DNA from: Octopus sinensis | Lineage: Eukaryota | DNA: 64,000 nucleotides | Reading direction: 5' to 3' | NCBI RefSeq assembly: GCF_006345805.1 | Contig: NC_042997.1 | Location: 157,294,001-157,358,000 of the forward strand | Shown here: piece by piece, positions 1 through 13,017 of the stretch | Numbering within the stretch: position 1 is the stretch's first letter | How the letters are laid out: every line of letters starts with the position of its first letter | Position numbers and translations under genes: made by a program | Notes under the pieces: generated by a model | The model's database searches: none | Told to the model about the DNA's origin: nothing | What the model saw: the letters and a program-made list of their open reading frames with translations, nothing else

Positions 1-704
1 CATCGTTTTTTTTTTCTTCACCTCTTCCACATCTGCAAATTCCGTAGCACCAGCTTTCGTCCCCAGTGATCACCTTCGAAAAAAGGTCCGGGTCAACTTC
101 GGACTGTTCTTTCAGTTCACGATGTGCATTTAGCCGTGACTGCTTTTGATCTTCCTTGAGCAAGCGAAGCGCAAATTTTGCTGCAACTCTTTTCATTCGC
201 AATTCCGCGCTCAAAATTCGTCGGCAGGAGCTCCAGGACACACCAGTTATATCAACAAGTTCGTCAATTGTTCGGAAACGGTCCTCCAGAATCAGTTCAT
301 TAATTTTTCATGATATTTTTCATTTCTTCGGTAGGAAGACGGTGGGCCTAAACGAGATTAGTCTTCAAGCAACAAGTGACTATACCTAAAGCGTGAAAAC
401 CACTTGAATGTTTGTGTTTTGCTCATGGCAACGTCCTTGTATGCTGTTTGAAGCATGACAACTGTTTCGGCCGCCGGTTTCCCCCGCTGAAAACAGAATT
501 TCACTGAAGCAAAACTTGACGAACTGGGGAGAAGCACTACAAAACATAAATGCACCATGTGGCAGTATGACCTTACTAGACAACGCCGGTCAGTATATTG
601 ATGTCTGAGGGTAGCATCAAGTTGCTTCTAGCGGCGAAAACCTGAACTACAACGGGCTTGTCCCACAGAGAACGTTTCCGGTTATTTTTGGCTACCTTCT
701 CGTA
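1..704 (-). mobile_element. Mariner transposon relic, internally deleted (one TIR in window)
   Basis: Minus-strand translation gives an HTH-type N-terminus (AAETVVMLQTAYKDVAMSKTQTFKWFSRF), then ILEDRFRTIDELVDITGVSWSSCRRILSAELRMKRVAAKF...KVITGDESWCYG (mariner first-D motif). It then jumps directly to the C-terminal FADVEEVKKK. TIR-like end ttccggttatttttggctaccttctcg+TA at 676-704. Confidence 0.9.
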
Positions 705-1394
705 CATACACACACATGTGAACGTGCTGTTCTGAATTCATATGGATGTATGATCTAGATGCTTTTGGTTATAAACACCTTATGCAGACACACTTTCACA
801 CACACACATTAACTCACGCATGCGCGAATATACAAGCACACACATACACGCCGATCTAGACATATAACAGTCGAATTGATATATATTCTTTGCAAATAAT
901 TATGAGCTGTTTGCATGAGGATGTGCATACATTTGTCTATTTGTGTGTCCCCGTGTATCTCTGTTCCTGCACAAGTGCACATGAGAGCTTGTATACCAAC
1001 ACACCCTAGCATGCGCGTGTGTATGCTTGTGTTTGTACGTATGTGTGTATTACTTGAACTACAAAAGTAAAGATATTCAGGAGATATAACATATGCTACA
1101 AAGTTGGCAAACTCTCTCATTAAAGAGTATCTTACGTAGGTTTTATTTCTACATTTTACAAGAGTTTTAGTTCTAATTTATTTCTGTTATTATGGGTTAG
1201 TTTAGCTTATGAATTAGCACCGAGTAGCAAATTCCCTCTTGTTTTAAACTCATATACTGCTTTTATGGAGTAATTTACTGGGAGTGGTTGATGAGGGCTC
1301 TTAATATTTTTCGTAGACTTCTTAAAACGACTCCAAGTCTGCAGTCAAATGTTACCAGATGAACGAACACTTGTTAATATAACATTATGTAACA

Positions 1395-1985
1395 AGGCGG
1401 TAATCTGGCAGATAGTGTTAGATTTTCCGAATAAAGTCTAAGCGGTATTTCTTTTGGCTGGCAGAAACGTTAGCACGCCGGGCGAAATGCGTAGCCGTAT
1501 TTCGTCTGCTGTTACGCTCTGAGTTCAAATTCCGCCGAGGTCGACTTTGCCTTTCATCCTTTCGGGGTCGATTAAATAAGTACCAGTTACACACTGGGGT
1601 CGATGTAATCGACTTAATTGTTTGTCTCCTCTGTGTTTAGCCCCTTGTGGGTAGTAAAGAAATAGGTATTTCTTCTGGCTTTACATTCTGGTTTCAAATT
1701 CCGCTGGAGGCCGACTTTACCTCCATCTTCTCTGGATCGATAAAATAAACATCAGGTAAACGGTGAGTTCGATGTAATCGATTAGCTCCTCCCGCCACAT
1801 TTCTATTATTCACATAAGGCTTTATAGTAGAAAGGAAATATAATATTATGTAATAGTGTTTCCTGCCGAGCTTTAATTTATCTTTAATCGTTTTAGTGTC
1901 CGGAGGATAAGTAGCAGCCAAGTACCGTAGTTGATATGATTGATCATACTCCTCCTCTGCCAAATTGTGGCCTTGTACTAATTAC
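1395..1985 (+). mobile_element. Cluster of family A tRNA-headed SINEs (one partial copy inverted at about 1690-1850)
   Basis: Head ggcagaaacgttagcacgccgggcgaaatg, B-box-like gagttcaaattcc and core aggtcgactttgcctttcatcctttcggggtcgat recur many times in the window. Confidence 0.85.
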
Positions 1986-2630
1986 ACAATTACTAGTTCA
2001 TTCTCCTACTAGTTGATTGGTTCTTTCTTTCATCGTCACTGGAACAACAAAAGGCAAAGTTTTGAATTAAAAAACAATGTTTTGAAAATCAGTGTTATTA
2101 TTATTTTTTGACACGCAAGAACCTGCAGAACAAGTGTTTCCCTCCAGTTTTTGCATCATTCTGTAGAATTGGATACTGGCCTACTGCAGGTAGCTTCTTC
2201 TTGGGAATAGAAAGAACCCCCACCCACAAAAACTAAAATTTACTAGACAGTTCCAAAAATCAGATTCCGATGGTGCCTTATAATAGTAATTCTTAACAAG
2301 AGTTAAGAGTACATTTTAAGGGAGTGGCCGGCTATCAGTGTGTTTGTGTTGTAAAAAGGATGTCAATGGGAGAAACTTAAAACTGTTGTGTAACAGGTTC
2401 CATGAACTGAAGATGTTTTAAGGGAGTCCTGATTAAAAACTCTGTGAATGGATGGTTTATAACAGTGTGCGGCACCTAACAAGGTTTAAACATATGCGGC
2501 ATCTAAATGAACTGTATATGGAAATATAAAGGCCAGGATGGTCATATTTGGAACGCTTGTGATATTGAGTCTACTCGATTAGGGCTGACTTATTCAACAA
2601 CTCCACCAGAAACAACATATTTTCATCTAT

Positions 2631-2671
<41 letters not shown>

Positions 2672-2734
2672 TATATGCAGAGAGCGTTTCCTCCGAGTCA
2701 AAGTAGAAAAGTAGAGACCAAGCCTTGCATTCTT

Positions 2735-3244
2735 TAGGGGTCGATTGAATAAGTACCAGTTACGCACTGGTGTTGATGTAATCGACTTAATCCCCTCCCC
2801 CAAGCTGCCCTTGTGGCAAAAATTTGAAATAATAATAATTAGTATAAGGTGGCTGAGGGCAGCAAGTTGGCAGAATCGTTAACACGCTAGACGAAATACT
2901 TAGCGGTATTTCGCTCGTCGCTACATTCTGAGTTCAACTTTTTCTTTCATCCTTTCGGGGTCGAGAAATTAAGTATCAGTGAAATACTGGAGTTGATGTA
3001 ATCGACTAGACTCTCCCACCAAATTTCAAGCCTTGTACCTATTGTGGAAAGGATTATTATTATTATTATAATGCTTAGCGGCATTTCGGCCGTCTTTACC
3101 TTCTGAGTTGAAATTCCACCGTAGTTAACTTTGCCTTTCATCCTTTCGGGGTCGAAAATTTAAGTACGAGCTGCGTACTGGGGTCGATCTAATCGACTGG
3201 CCCTCTCCCCTAAAATTTCAGGCCTTGTGCCTATAGTAGGAAGG

Positions 3245-3298
<54 letters not shown>

Positions 3299-3780
3299 AG
3301 GCGGCGATCTGGCAGAATCATTAGCGCGCTAGACGAAATGTTTAGCGGTATTTAGCCTGCGTTCTGTGTTCAAATTCCGCCAAGGTTAACTTTGCCTTTC
3401 ATCTTTTTGGGGGTCGATAAAACAAGTACCAGTTGAACCTTGGGGTCGATGCAATCGACTCATCTCCTCCCCCTTGTGGCAAAAATTTGAAATCAGAACA
3501 CTAGGTGTCAATGTAATCGACTAGGTCTGTCTCCTTTCCCAATTTCAGGCCTTGTGTCTTTAGTACAAAGGATCATTAATGCGGTGAGTTGGCAGAATTG
3601 TTATCGCATTGGAAACATCGTTTTGCGATATTTGTTCTGGCTCTCTACGTTCTGAGTTCAAATCCTACTGAAGTCATAATTAGCTTTCATTCTTTCGAGG
3701 TCGATGAAATAAAGTACTTGATAATGATATCAACTAACTCTCTCCCATAGAATTTACTGACCTTGTGCTTAAATTAGAAG
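2735..3780 (+). mobile_element. Cluster of about six full or partial, variably decayed family A SINEs
   Basis: Repeated gagttcaaattcc / gcctttcatcctttcggggtcga / gtcgatgtaatcgact blocks. An (ATT)n tract lies at about 3246-3297. Confidence 0.8.
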
Positions 3781-3974
3781 CTGTATTTACTCTTTTTTCA
3801 TCCTTCTGAGGTTTCCGCATGGGTGTTAAGAAGCTCGTCTTGAAACTACCTTGTTTTGGATTCATTCCCACTACGCGGCACTTAGGGCAAGTCTTCTACT
3901 ATTTTTGCTGAACTGATCAATGTCTAATGAGTGAATTTGGCAAATGGAAACTGTGTAGAAGCCTATTATATCTA

Positions 3975-4490
3975 CCCCAGTGCGTAACTGGTAATTATTT
4001 AATCGACTCTGAAAGGATGAAAGACAAAGTTGACCTCGGCGGAATTTGAAGTCAGAACGTAACGGTAGACGAAATACCTATTTCTTTACTACCCACAAGG
4101 GGCTAAGCACAGAAAGGACAAACAAGGACAGACAAACGGTTTAAGTCGATTACATCGACCCCAGTGAGTAACTGGTACTTTATTTATCGACCCCGAAAGG
4201 ATGAAAGACAAAGTTGACCTCGGCGGAATTTGAAGTCAGAACGTAACGGTAGACGAAATACCTATTTCTTTACTACCCACAAGGGGCTAAGCACAGAAAG
4301 GACAAACAAGGACAGACAAACGGTTTAAGTCGATTACATCGACCCCAGTGAGTAACTGGTACTTTATTTATCGACCCCGAAAGGATGAAAGGCAAAGTCG
4401 ACCTCGGCGGAATTTGAACTCAGAACGTAACAGCAGACGAAATAGCACTAAGCATTTCGGCCGGCGTGCTAACGTTTCTGCCAGCTCGCA
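3975..4490 (-). mobile_element. Family A SINE multimer with a 184-bp tandem duplication
   Basis: gaaaggatgaaag recurs at 4011, 4195 and 4379. The units at 4011-4194 and 4195-4378 share private variants. The head is at about 4440-4490. Confidence 0.9.
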
Positions 4491-4759
4491 TGTTTTTTGT
4501 GTTTGTTCTCCTCATTGCTTGGTAGCCACTGTGATTTATTTACATCCCTGTAACCTAGCTGTTCGGCAAAAGCAACCGACAGAGTAAGTGCCAGTCTTTA
4601 AAAATAAATACCAGGATCGATTTATTCGACTGAAACCTTCAAAGCAGTGCTGTAGCGTTGTCGCAGTACTATGACTGAAACAAGTAACAGATCAAAAATA
4701 TATACTGAATACATTTAATCTACTGTGCTACTTGACAATCGTATTATCAGCATTGATTA

Positions 4760-4960
4760 AGGTGACGAGCTGGCAGACTCGTTAGCCGTGCATTTCGTTT
4801 TTCTATACGTTCTGAGTTCTAAATTCCGTCGGGGTGGACTTTCTCTTTTAACTTTCGAGATCGATAAAATAAGCATTACTAGAACACTGGGGCCAATGTA
4901 ATCGACTATTCTCCTTCCCCCGAGCTTGCTGGCCTTGTACCAAAATTTGAAACCATTATT
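4760..4960 (+). mobile_element. Family A SINE, decayed
   Basis: aaggtgacgagctggcagactcgttagc head, ctgagttctaaattcc and caatgtaatcgact match the family consensus. Confidence 0.75.
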
Positions 4961-6249
4961 GCAATTGATTGTTTCATGCATGTCTTGTTCCTAACAATAA
5001 CAGCCATTAACTCCTTCAAAGCAGTTATTTATGTATTAATTTTTCTGTTGTTAAGTGTGGGAGGATGAGCTCAAAGAATTTTTCTCGTAATATGAAAGAT
5101 GAAATCATTGAAAGTGAGCGGCGTCAACATCTCGCCTTACTTTTTCTTTTTATACCATAGCATTGAATACATATTTTGACTTAGTTGGATATTTTTTTTT
5201 TCCTTGAAGAACTACTTTATTTACTTTTTTGAATTTTGTTTTTCTTTGTTACTGAACAGCTAACCGTTTAGTGCTTATTGTGAAAACATAGTATGTTGAA
5301 GTGAAACACAGATACACGAATACTAGACAGAAGTCGCAGCAACGGCAGCGGCAAGAAAAGGAAGAGGAGGAGGAGGAGGAAGAAGGAGAAGAAGAAAAAG
5401 AAAACGAAGAGGAGGAGGGGAGAATAAGGAACAGATGAGGAATGACAACAGCAAAAATGGAAAAGGAATAGGACGAGAATGAGAAGAATAATATGAAGGA
5501 CGAAGTGGAGGAAGGAGAAAAGAAGGACATCAACAAAAAGAACAACAGCGAAGGCTAAAACAAAGTGCAAAATTCGACTATATTTCACGGTATGTACACT
5601 ATTCATCTTAATCAGTAGTTCGTATAATATTTGTAATCTTAGAACTACGAAATCAGTTCAGAGCATGTGGCTACTGATACCATCTCTTGACTTAATTCCA
5701 AATTTATAATCACAATTCAAGAAGAATAAAAAAAGAGAGGGAACGAAAGAAAAGATTTTGACTCTACTGGATTCTCCAGTTAAATAACAAACTTGTGAAA
5801 AATGTTCAAAACTTTAAAACAATCAATATTTATCAGAGTTAGGAGTGGTGCACACTGGCAGCATGTAATTTCCTACTAACCAGAGATTTTGGTGCCATTT
5901 TTATCGCAACTACTGTGACCTCTGTTCCTCAGAGTTGGTTGATACCACACCATATCCACTTAGACTCCTCAATTCCTTTGTGTTTTCTCTTATTACCCAT
6001 ATTGTGTTCATACCCTTAGGCTTTGCACTAATCACAATATCTAGTCTTTTTCTCGAAAAAGTCAGTTCTATGAAATTTCGTTCCAGTTCATATTTTACCT
6101 GCAGACATCCATCTGCAATTGAGCAAAATCAGCATCAACCAAGTCACTAATTTAAGAGACTGCCCAGGCCTTGAAAACAATTCCTTTCTTCTGATCAAAC
6201 TATGAAAAGAATGGTGTTTGAAACCATCTACTTTCATTTACGTTGATAA

Positions 6250-7560
6250 TACTTTAAATACCTTAGTATTCACGAAAATGTATCATACAAGAGGAACAAA
6301 GATAGAATGACAGGGGTATATTATATCAAATTCGAAAAATATGTCAGTTGTAGCATTCGTCTTATAGTAATGTATTTACGACATCAGTACGGTACAATCA
6401 TTTGGGATATTTGACTTGTCTTTTGAGAAAATCTGATCTATAGATATTAATCTGCAAGATCTAAACATCAACTGGAAGCTTCCACAAAAATACTGGGCAC
6501 TGCTTCAGATGAATGAGGAATGGGAAGAGCTTTAACATCAGTGCAGGCAGTCTTTGAGTGAGTTATTTAAACAACATCAGCAAAATTAAATGCACCAAGC
6601 AAGCCCTCAAAAGTAAAAAGAATAACTTTTTAATTGTTGCTTGAAAACTTACCAAGCAGTACTCACTTCTTGGTGAGCCTCATCGAAGCCTCAGAATTGC
6701 TGCACTTGCATACATCATTAAAAAACTGGAAGAGAAGGACTTTGGATGGAAAATTGTTATAGAAGGGTTTGCTTGCTGCAAGCATTACAATGACACTAAT
6801 GAAGAGTAACCATTCTTGGATTCTTGAGTGTTATATTTCAACACGTACTGAAAATATGTGTCGTAAGAAGGGACTCTTACGACGTATCTAACAGACTAAA
6901 GAGATAACAAAGTGCTTAAACACTTCAAAATATGACAGATTACATCACATTTCTGTGGAAGGAATTAGGTACGTAATCAGTAGCTACCCTAACTGATATC
7001 AAAGTACTCCTTTTCGATACAGCACGCTGTTGATGCTAAAACAATACATCAACGTTTTCTTTAAGAAAACTGCTCTCTAATAAATATGGAAAATTTGTTC
7101 TTGGACACATACACATAAACACAAAACATATAACCATACATATCTACACACATAGGTATCAACAATGAATATGAATAAACATCTTAGTGCAAACGTAAAG
7201 GGTTTGATATAGTAGTTTATGCTACTATAAATATGGAGGAAGGGATAGTAACAAATAGCTTCGCAGGCACTCCGCTAAGTCATTAATGTTTTCTCTTGGA
7301 CCATTGCAGATCAACTCCTGTGGGAAAGATATGAATAGAAAGGGAGGCTAAGGCAGAAAAGAAAAATTATATAGAATTACAGAGGTCAGCTACCCTGCAG
7401 AAGTGAATACTTAGTCCATAATCAAAACCTATAGCTTCTCTATCCAGATTACAAAATTCACTGTAATACCTGTAAGTGTTGCTGAATTGGGCTCAGTCAA
7501 AAATATGTATGTGACAATCACGAGTTGCTTATATGTAACGAAAGTAACCAGTTATAAAGG
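6250..7560 (+). pseudogene. Highly decayed R4/Dong-clade retrotransposon fragment (RT end to REL endonuclease)
   Basis: Ordered, frameshifted motifs: YFKYLSIHENVSY (YKYLG-like), TSTGSFHKN..GMGRALTSVQAVFE (GGRGL-like), ISVEGIRYVISSYPN (zinc-knuckle-like), DQLLWE, EVSYPAEVN and LLYPDYK. They parallel the better copy at 57.7-58.8 kb. Confidence 0.55.
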
Positions 7561-7809
7561 CACATATTTTCTAAATTTCAATGTTTCCATTCACCGTTCT
7601 TAACCAAAGTTTAACGAAAGTGCTTATTTCTTTGTTAGGAATCAACTCTTTATCTTCAGGAAGGATTATATAGATACGTACTTGCACGAACACATACATA
7701 GTTAAATGAATAAATACAGATAATATACATGTGTGTATAAATATGGATATATATGACACTTTTTATAAACTTGTATATATTTTAATATGTTTTCATTTAA
7801 TTGTTTTAG

Positions 7810-8020
7810 ATTGAGGCTCAAGGCCAGCAATTTTGAGATAATGGTGTTAGCCGATACCATCGACCGCAGTGCTTGACTGGTATCATCTCCAAAGGGATTA
7901 AACGCTAAGATGAATTCTGGATTTCATCGAGATTTGAACTCAAACCGTAAAGAGCCGGAACAAATACTGCAAGCCATTTTTTCCGACGCTGTAACGATTC
8001 TGCCAGCTCGCCGCCTTAAC
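7810..8020 (-). mobile_element. Family A SINE, decayed
   Basis: gatttgaactca...aacgattctgccagctcgccgcctta is the reverse complement of the family head. Confidence 0.75.
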
Positions 8021-8172
8021 TGAGTTTCTATATAATAATTATATACTTAGACTTGTATACAATTTGCCATAAACTTAATTAAACGTAAAAGTTCGCCGGA
8101 GCGTTACAAAGTTTCATTTAATCTTCTTTCGTAGCAAAAATGGTTAACTTTCATATTAGTTTTCAGATTGTA

Positions 8173-8216
<44 letters not shown>

Positions 8217-8516
8217 CACCACACATACACAAACTCACATACATACACACACGTAAGCACGCATGCATACATTCACAGACTAATACATTTACACATACAC
8301 AGACAAGAACCCCACACAATCCCCATACACTCATATATTTATGTATATCAATACATACATAAATAAATCTACACATATATTTGTGTATTCACATAAGTAT
8401 GTTATTGTGTATGCGTCCATGGGTGCACGCGTTTCTATGTGTGCATAATGTATATATGCGTGTGTATATGTATATACATGTATTTATATAGATGAATATA
8501 TATATATAGAGAGAGA

Positions 8517-8584
<68 letters not shown>

Positions 8585-8608
8585 ATATATATTTATTTAT
8601 TTATTTTA

Positions 8609-8708
8609 TAGAACTGTTTCATTCAAAAGAAATCATCAGGAAGCTTCCTGATGATTCTTTTGAATGAAACAGTTCTAGTCCTGTAGAAGCTCCTTCTATA
8701 AAATAAAT
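8609..8708. repeat. Near-perfect palindrome (35/34-bp arms) carrying a degenerate HHR-like motif, set between (TA)n tracts
   Basis: Arms 8609-8643 and 8644-8677 are centred on aag|ctt. The plus strand has CTGATGA (8648-8654), TTC-tttt-GAA, GAAAC (8666-8670) and GTC (8678-8680). Confidence 0.7.
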
Positions 8709-8777
8709 AAATTAATTTACTCTGCTATGTATTGAGTACCTTATTTACTTTGATTAACCCCGACTCAACCCGGGACC

Positions 8778-8812
<35 letters not shown>

Positions 8813-9974
8813 GCATACATGCATATATCAAATATATATATATAGTACATGAATATACACACACTCACACACGTATATACATATATGGGCTGTTAATTGA
8901 TAAGTAATAGCAATGATTAACTGGAGAAAGAACTCAATAATGGCTTAAGAGTAAAATTCATTCTTAAAAATGTGTTGCTTGTAATTTCATGTCTCACCTG
9001 TTTCAAAGAAGGTTCACACACTCACAACAGACAAACATACGCACAATACTTCGTTATATTCAATGTGTGTGTGTGAGTGTGTGTGCGCGTGTGTGTGTGC
9101 GTATGCACTCGTACACATTTTACTCTCGACCAGTGGGGCTGCGAGCATACTATAGCATTGCTCTCATTCATACGCACGTACACACACATACATATATATA
9201 TACATAGTTAAATCTATATATGTATGTATTTGTGTATATATATATGCGTGTATGTGTTTGTGTGTGTGTGTATTTATATATGTGTATGTATGTACAAATG
9301 TGGGTACAAAAGCTATTCTGAAAATACACTATCTGTTGTAGATGTAACAAGAGTACTGGAAGTTGAGAAAGATGAATATGATATGGCGGGAATGTAAAAG
9401 ATGAAAGGAAACTATAAGTAATGCTAACTGCTAACAAAATTCATACATACATACATACATACATACATACATACATACATACATACATACATACACACAC
9501 ATACATACATACATGCATACATACATACATACACGCATGCATACACACATACATACATACATAGACACAGACACCGACACACACACACATACACACGCAC
9601 ACACATATATATAGATATATGAGTGCTTTGTGTATACAACGTGTGCCCATATAGACATACATATGCATACGTATATGAATGTACGTGATGTATGTTTGTT
9701 AATATATACATATATATATATATATATATTAACAAACATGCATACATATACACTCATATACGCATACACATGTGTGTGTGTGTGTGTGTGCACGCGCTTG
9801 GGGGAAGGGTGTAAAAATGCGACGCAATTTTTTTTCAATTATTTCGGTTTCCCTTTTTTGCTTTGTCTCTGTTAAAACGATTCTGTATTCTTGTATTTGT
9901 TTTATTAGGAATTAGTGGCAGAATGCGAAAACTAATTAATAGTTATTGATAACTAATTAATTACATTGAGTTTG

Positions 9975-10078
9975 TTTGACAATAACAATACTAATAACAA
10001 CAACAAAAACAATAATAATAATATTAAATAAAAAAAAAACAGCAACAACAACGATAAAAACAATAACAATAATAAATT

Positions 10079-10139
<61 letters not shown>

Positions 10140-10167
10140 AAATAATAATAATAGTAATAATAATAGC

Positions 10168-10207
<40 letters not shown>

Positions 10208-10230
10208 TAATAATAATAATAATAATAAAT
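9975..10230. repeat. Compound trinucleotide microsatellite (AAC)n/(ACT)n/(AAT)n
   Basis: Directly visible. Confidence 0.95.
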
Positions 10231-10234
10231 GTAG

Positions 10235-10412
10235 TAAATGCCCTGATGCAGTAAATGCCCTGATGCAGTAAATGCCCTGATGCAGTACCTAAATGCCCTG
10301 ATGCAGTAAATGCCCTGATGCAGTAAATGCCCTGATGCAGTAAATGCCCTGATGCAGTAAATGCCCTGATGCAGTACCTAAATGCCCTGATGCAGTAAAT
10401 GCCCTGATGCAG
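10235..10412. repeat. Tandem array of ten 17-bp units (taaatgccctgatgcag), three followed by tacc
   Basis: Units start at 10235, 10252, 10269, 10290, 10307, 10324, 10341, 10358, 10379 and 10396. The last unit runs on into the adjacent element. Confidence 0.95.
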
Positions 10413-10954
10413 TACCAGGCAGTGGCTCTCATGGCTTCTGATCTTAACTGATTGGAAGTGTTATCATGTAAATTGTTTTGTCTTGGTATAAAAGATGGGC
10501 TACAGCAAATATTCTGCTCAATACCACAGATTTGCCTGTCAGTTGTTTGACCTTAATCATTTGAGCATGTCTCTTAGTGGCTGACGATATGTGCATTTCT
10601 GATTACGAGCAGAAGTAGTGGGGGATCATCATAGCCATGTGTTGAGAGGGATTCTTTGGGGTTTGAATAATTCACCTTTGGAAACAGGGGTGTTTCGTTC
10701 AACATCCTTAAACAACCCTTATTCAGGGACCTTTTGAGCGGGATGGGTTACTCGATCTGAAGAAAATTCTAACTGGGCCCCACCTGCAAGGTCATGTGCT
10801 GTTTATCTTGATATGAGATCACCATGTCGTGCACATATGGTTGTGATGCATGTGCCTGGTGTACCCTTATCAGACGGGTAGTCATGATGGGTATATTGGG
10901 CTTCGTATATTTTACCCCAGTGTCACTTTGATGGCATGAACTGCTCTCTCACTC
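10396..10954. mobile_element. About 560-bp non-coding element embedded in (AAT)n; probable retro-derived interspersed repeat, polarity uncertain
   Basis: Complex sequence with sharp boundaries against AAT tracts on both sides, a reiterated terminal 17-mer and no ORF. Confidence 0.5.
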
Positions 10955-10975
10955 AATAATAATAATAATAAGTGT

Positions 10976-11303
10976 AAGTGCAGAGCTACCAAGGATCAAC
11001 TCCTGATATGCAAAACTGTACTCAGAGATTGCAAGAGGAGTAAAAGTAAGTTAGCCATGCCATGGATCGACTATCTTAAGGCGTACGGTATGATACTACA
11101 TTCTTAGATTATAGAGTGTATGAACCTATTTGGTATTGCATCGAATGTTGAGCGATTGCTTGGAAAAAGTATGGCGAATTGGAGGATGGACATGACAGCA
11201 TACGGAAGAAGTTTTGGGACAGTAGAAATTAAGAAGGGCATCTTCTAAAGGGACTGCCTGTGCTTGATACCACTAACACTGATTCTGAGGAAAGTAAAAG
11301 CTT
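10976..11303 (+). pseudogene. R4/Dong-clade reverse transcriptase fragment
   Basis: KCRATKDQLLICKTVLRDCKRSKSKLAMPWIDYLKAYGMILHS*IIECMNLFGIASNVERLL...VEIKKGIF*RD...CLIPLTLILRK, covering the RT subdomains from xDYxKAYD to GIFQGD. Two in-frame stops. Starts right after an (AAT)n tract. Confidence 0.85.
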
Positions 11304-11743
11304 GACTTTGGCAAGATTTGAGATCAGAACACAAAGAGCCGGAAGAAGTACCAATATGCCTTTATGCTCATATTGTTTTTCTTAATTCAACACATGAAAC
11401 TGTTATTAATAAAGATGATGATGATGAAGAATTCAGTATGGTCTTGATCAAAGAGGAAGATATCTGTTTTCAATCCTTTCTGCCTCTTCCGTCACAAAAT
11501 CGTTTTCACTATACCACTAAACAGAGGAACACCGCTTGCCCTGCCTTGTTAATGACATGGTGGACTTAGCCGATAGACACATTCGTCTCGCGCACGACAA
11601 CAGTTGTCCGCCTTAATACTACAAGTCAGAAATGCTCTGACACTGCATGAGCGCGTGAAGTGAAGTTTCTCTGTTTCCTGCAGATGTTGGACAAAACCCA
11701 CAAGCAGTAGATATAAAAATGTATACGTAATATAAGAAATATA

Positions 11744-12144
11744 TCTCTATATATAAAAGGGAAGTTGTGTGTCTGTCTCCTACAATTTAGATTCCTAACT
11801 ACTCCCACATTTTGCGGTGCAGTTTAACCAAAACCGGGTATCTTATAGTCGTGATTCATATCGAGCCCTTCTGGGTCGATTCATATCGAGCCTTCTGCGC
11901 GCGTCTACGATGAGTCTACGATTAAAAAAAAAATTACTATAATTTTTTTCATTTTAATGCATTTTTTCGCTATTATATAAGGGAAGTAACTCTCTAAAAA
12001 TGTCTACGATGAGTCAACGATTTAAAAAACAAATTACCATCATTTTTTTTCCATTTTTAATGCATTTTTTGGCTATAACTCTCTAAAAATGCTTATATAG
12101 TTATTTCCTTTACAAACCCGAGCAACGCCGGGCGATACTGCTAG
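11744..12144 (+). mobile_element. Non-autonomous Helitron
   Basis: 5-prime TC(tctatatataaaa), 3-prime hairpin cccgagcaacgccggg and then CTAG. Inserted between A11743 and T12145 with no TSD. Contains internal tandem duplications. Confidence 0.85.
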
Positions 12145-12439
12145 TGGATGATAAATTCCTTCCGCGACAAGAGGACGTCTAAATAGAGACAGCCAGGGAA
12201 CCGTATATATTCATGATCTCCCTGATCTCAAGGACTAGTTACCACTAGGGCTGAAAAACGAACAAAACAACATCCTACGTGTGCAGCAATGAGTTCTCTG
12301 GAAACATTCTCTTCCTGGTGACCTCCCATACAACCCAAGAACAGCCAAATTAGCAATATACCTCAAAGAAGACCTGGAGATAAAATGCTCAGCCTGCAAA
12401 AAATAAATAAATAAATAAATATTCATGAATATGTTTCCC

Positions 12440-12700
12440 GAAGACTTGAAGAAGATAGTCATACCAACATGGAGTGCATTAGTGAACAGTTCTTCAAAGA
12501 TCAAAGGGAAAACTGTTTCGAAACCCCCAGCTTCTAAATTCTTTTATAACCAAGTCAAAAATTCACATTTACACCAATGATAATTTCTGTTCTTGGTTTT
12601 GTTGAGTTAGAGCCTAAGTCATAATTTGGATAAGCTAGGGTTTTCAGAAAAAGAAATCAACCAGCTAATTTGGCATATTCCGAATACAATCTGTAAGAGG
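12440..12700 (+). pseudogene. Decayed R4/Dong REL C-terminal fragment
   Basis: KFTFTPMIISVLGFV...HNLDKLGFSEKEINQLI parallels YKFGFIPVIIGALGYV...NLENLGFSKP of the 57.8-kb copy. Confidence 0.5.
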
Positions 12701-13017
12701 AAGAGTTAAAACATGCAATACTTTTCTCAAGTTTAATATGTGCACTTGTTTTCGTTATCTACATTCCAAAGATGGAGATTTGAATGTTTGTTAGAAACTA
12801 GCTCCTGCTTTACAGGAAGATTTCAGGTAAAATCAGAAGAGAACCTAAATACATACTTCGTGCAATCATACACATACAAACACCTATATGAATACAAATA
12901 ATGAATATTGAACAACTCGTGTCCAAATATAGATAAAATGGAACAAAATCTTTTGAGGTGAGGATAATATCTAAAGTGTGAAAAAATCAGACTGTGTGAT
13001 ATTGGTAGCACCAATAT

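Noticed and set aside
10235-10412. CRISPR-like regular repeat
   Set aside because: No unique spacers (only 0 or 4 bp of fixed tacc), no cas genes, eukaryotic context.
12610-12692. AG..GT-bounded exon candidate
   Set aside because: Falls inside the decayed R4/Dong REL fragment.
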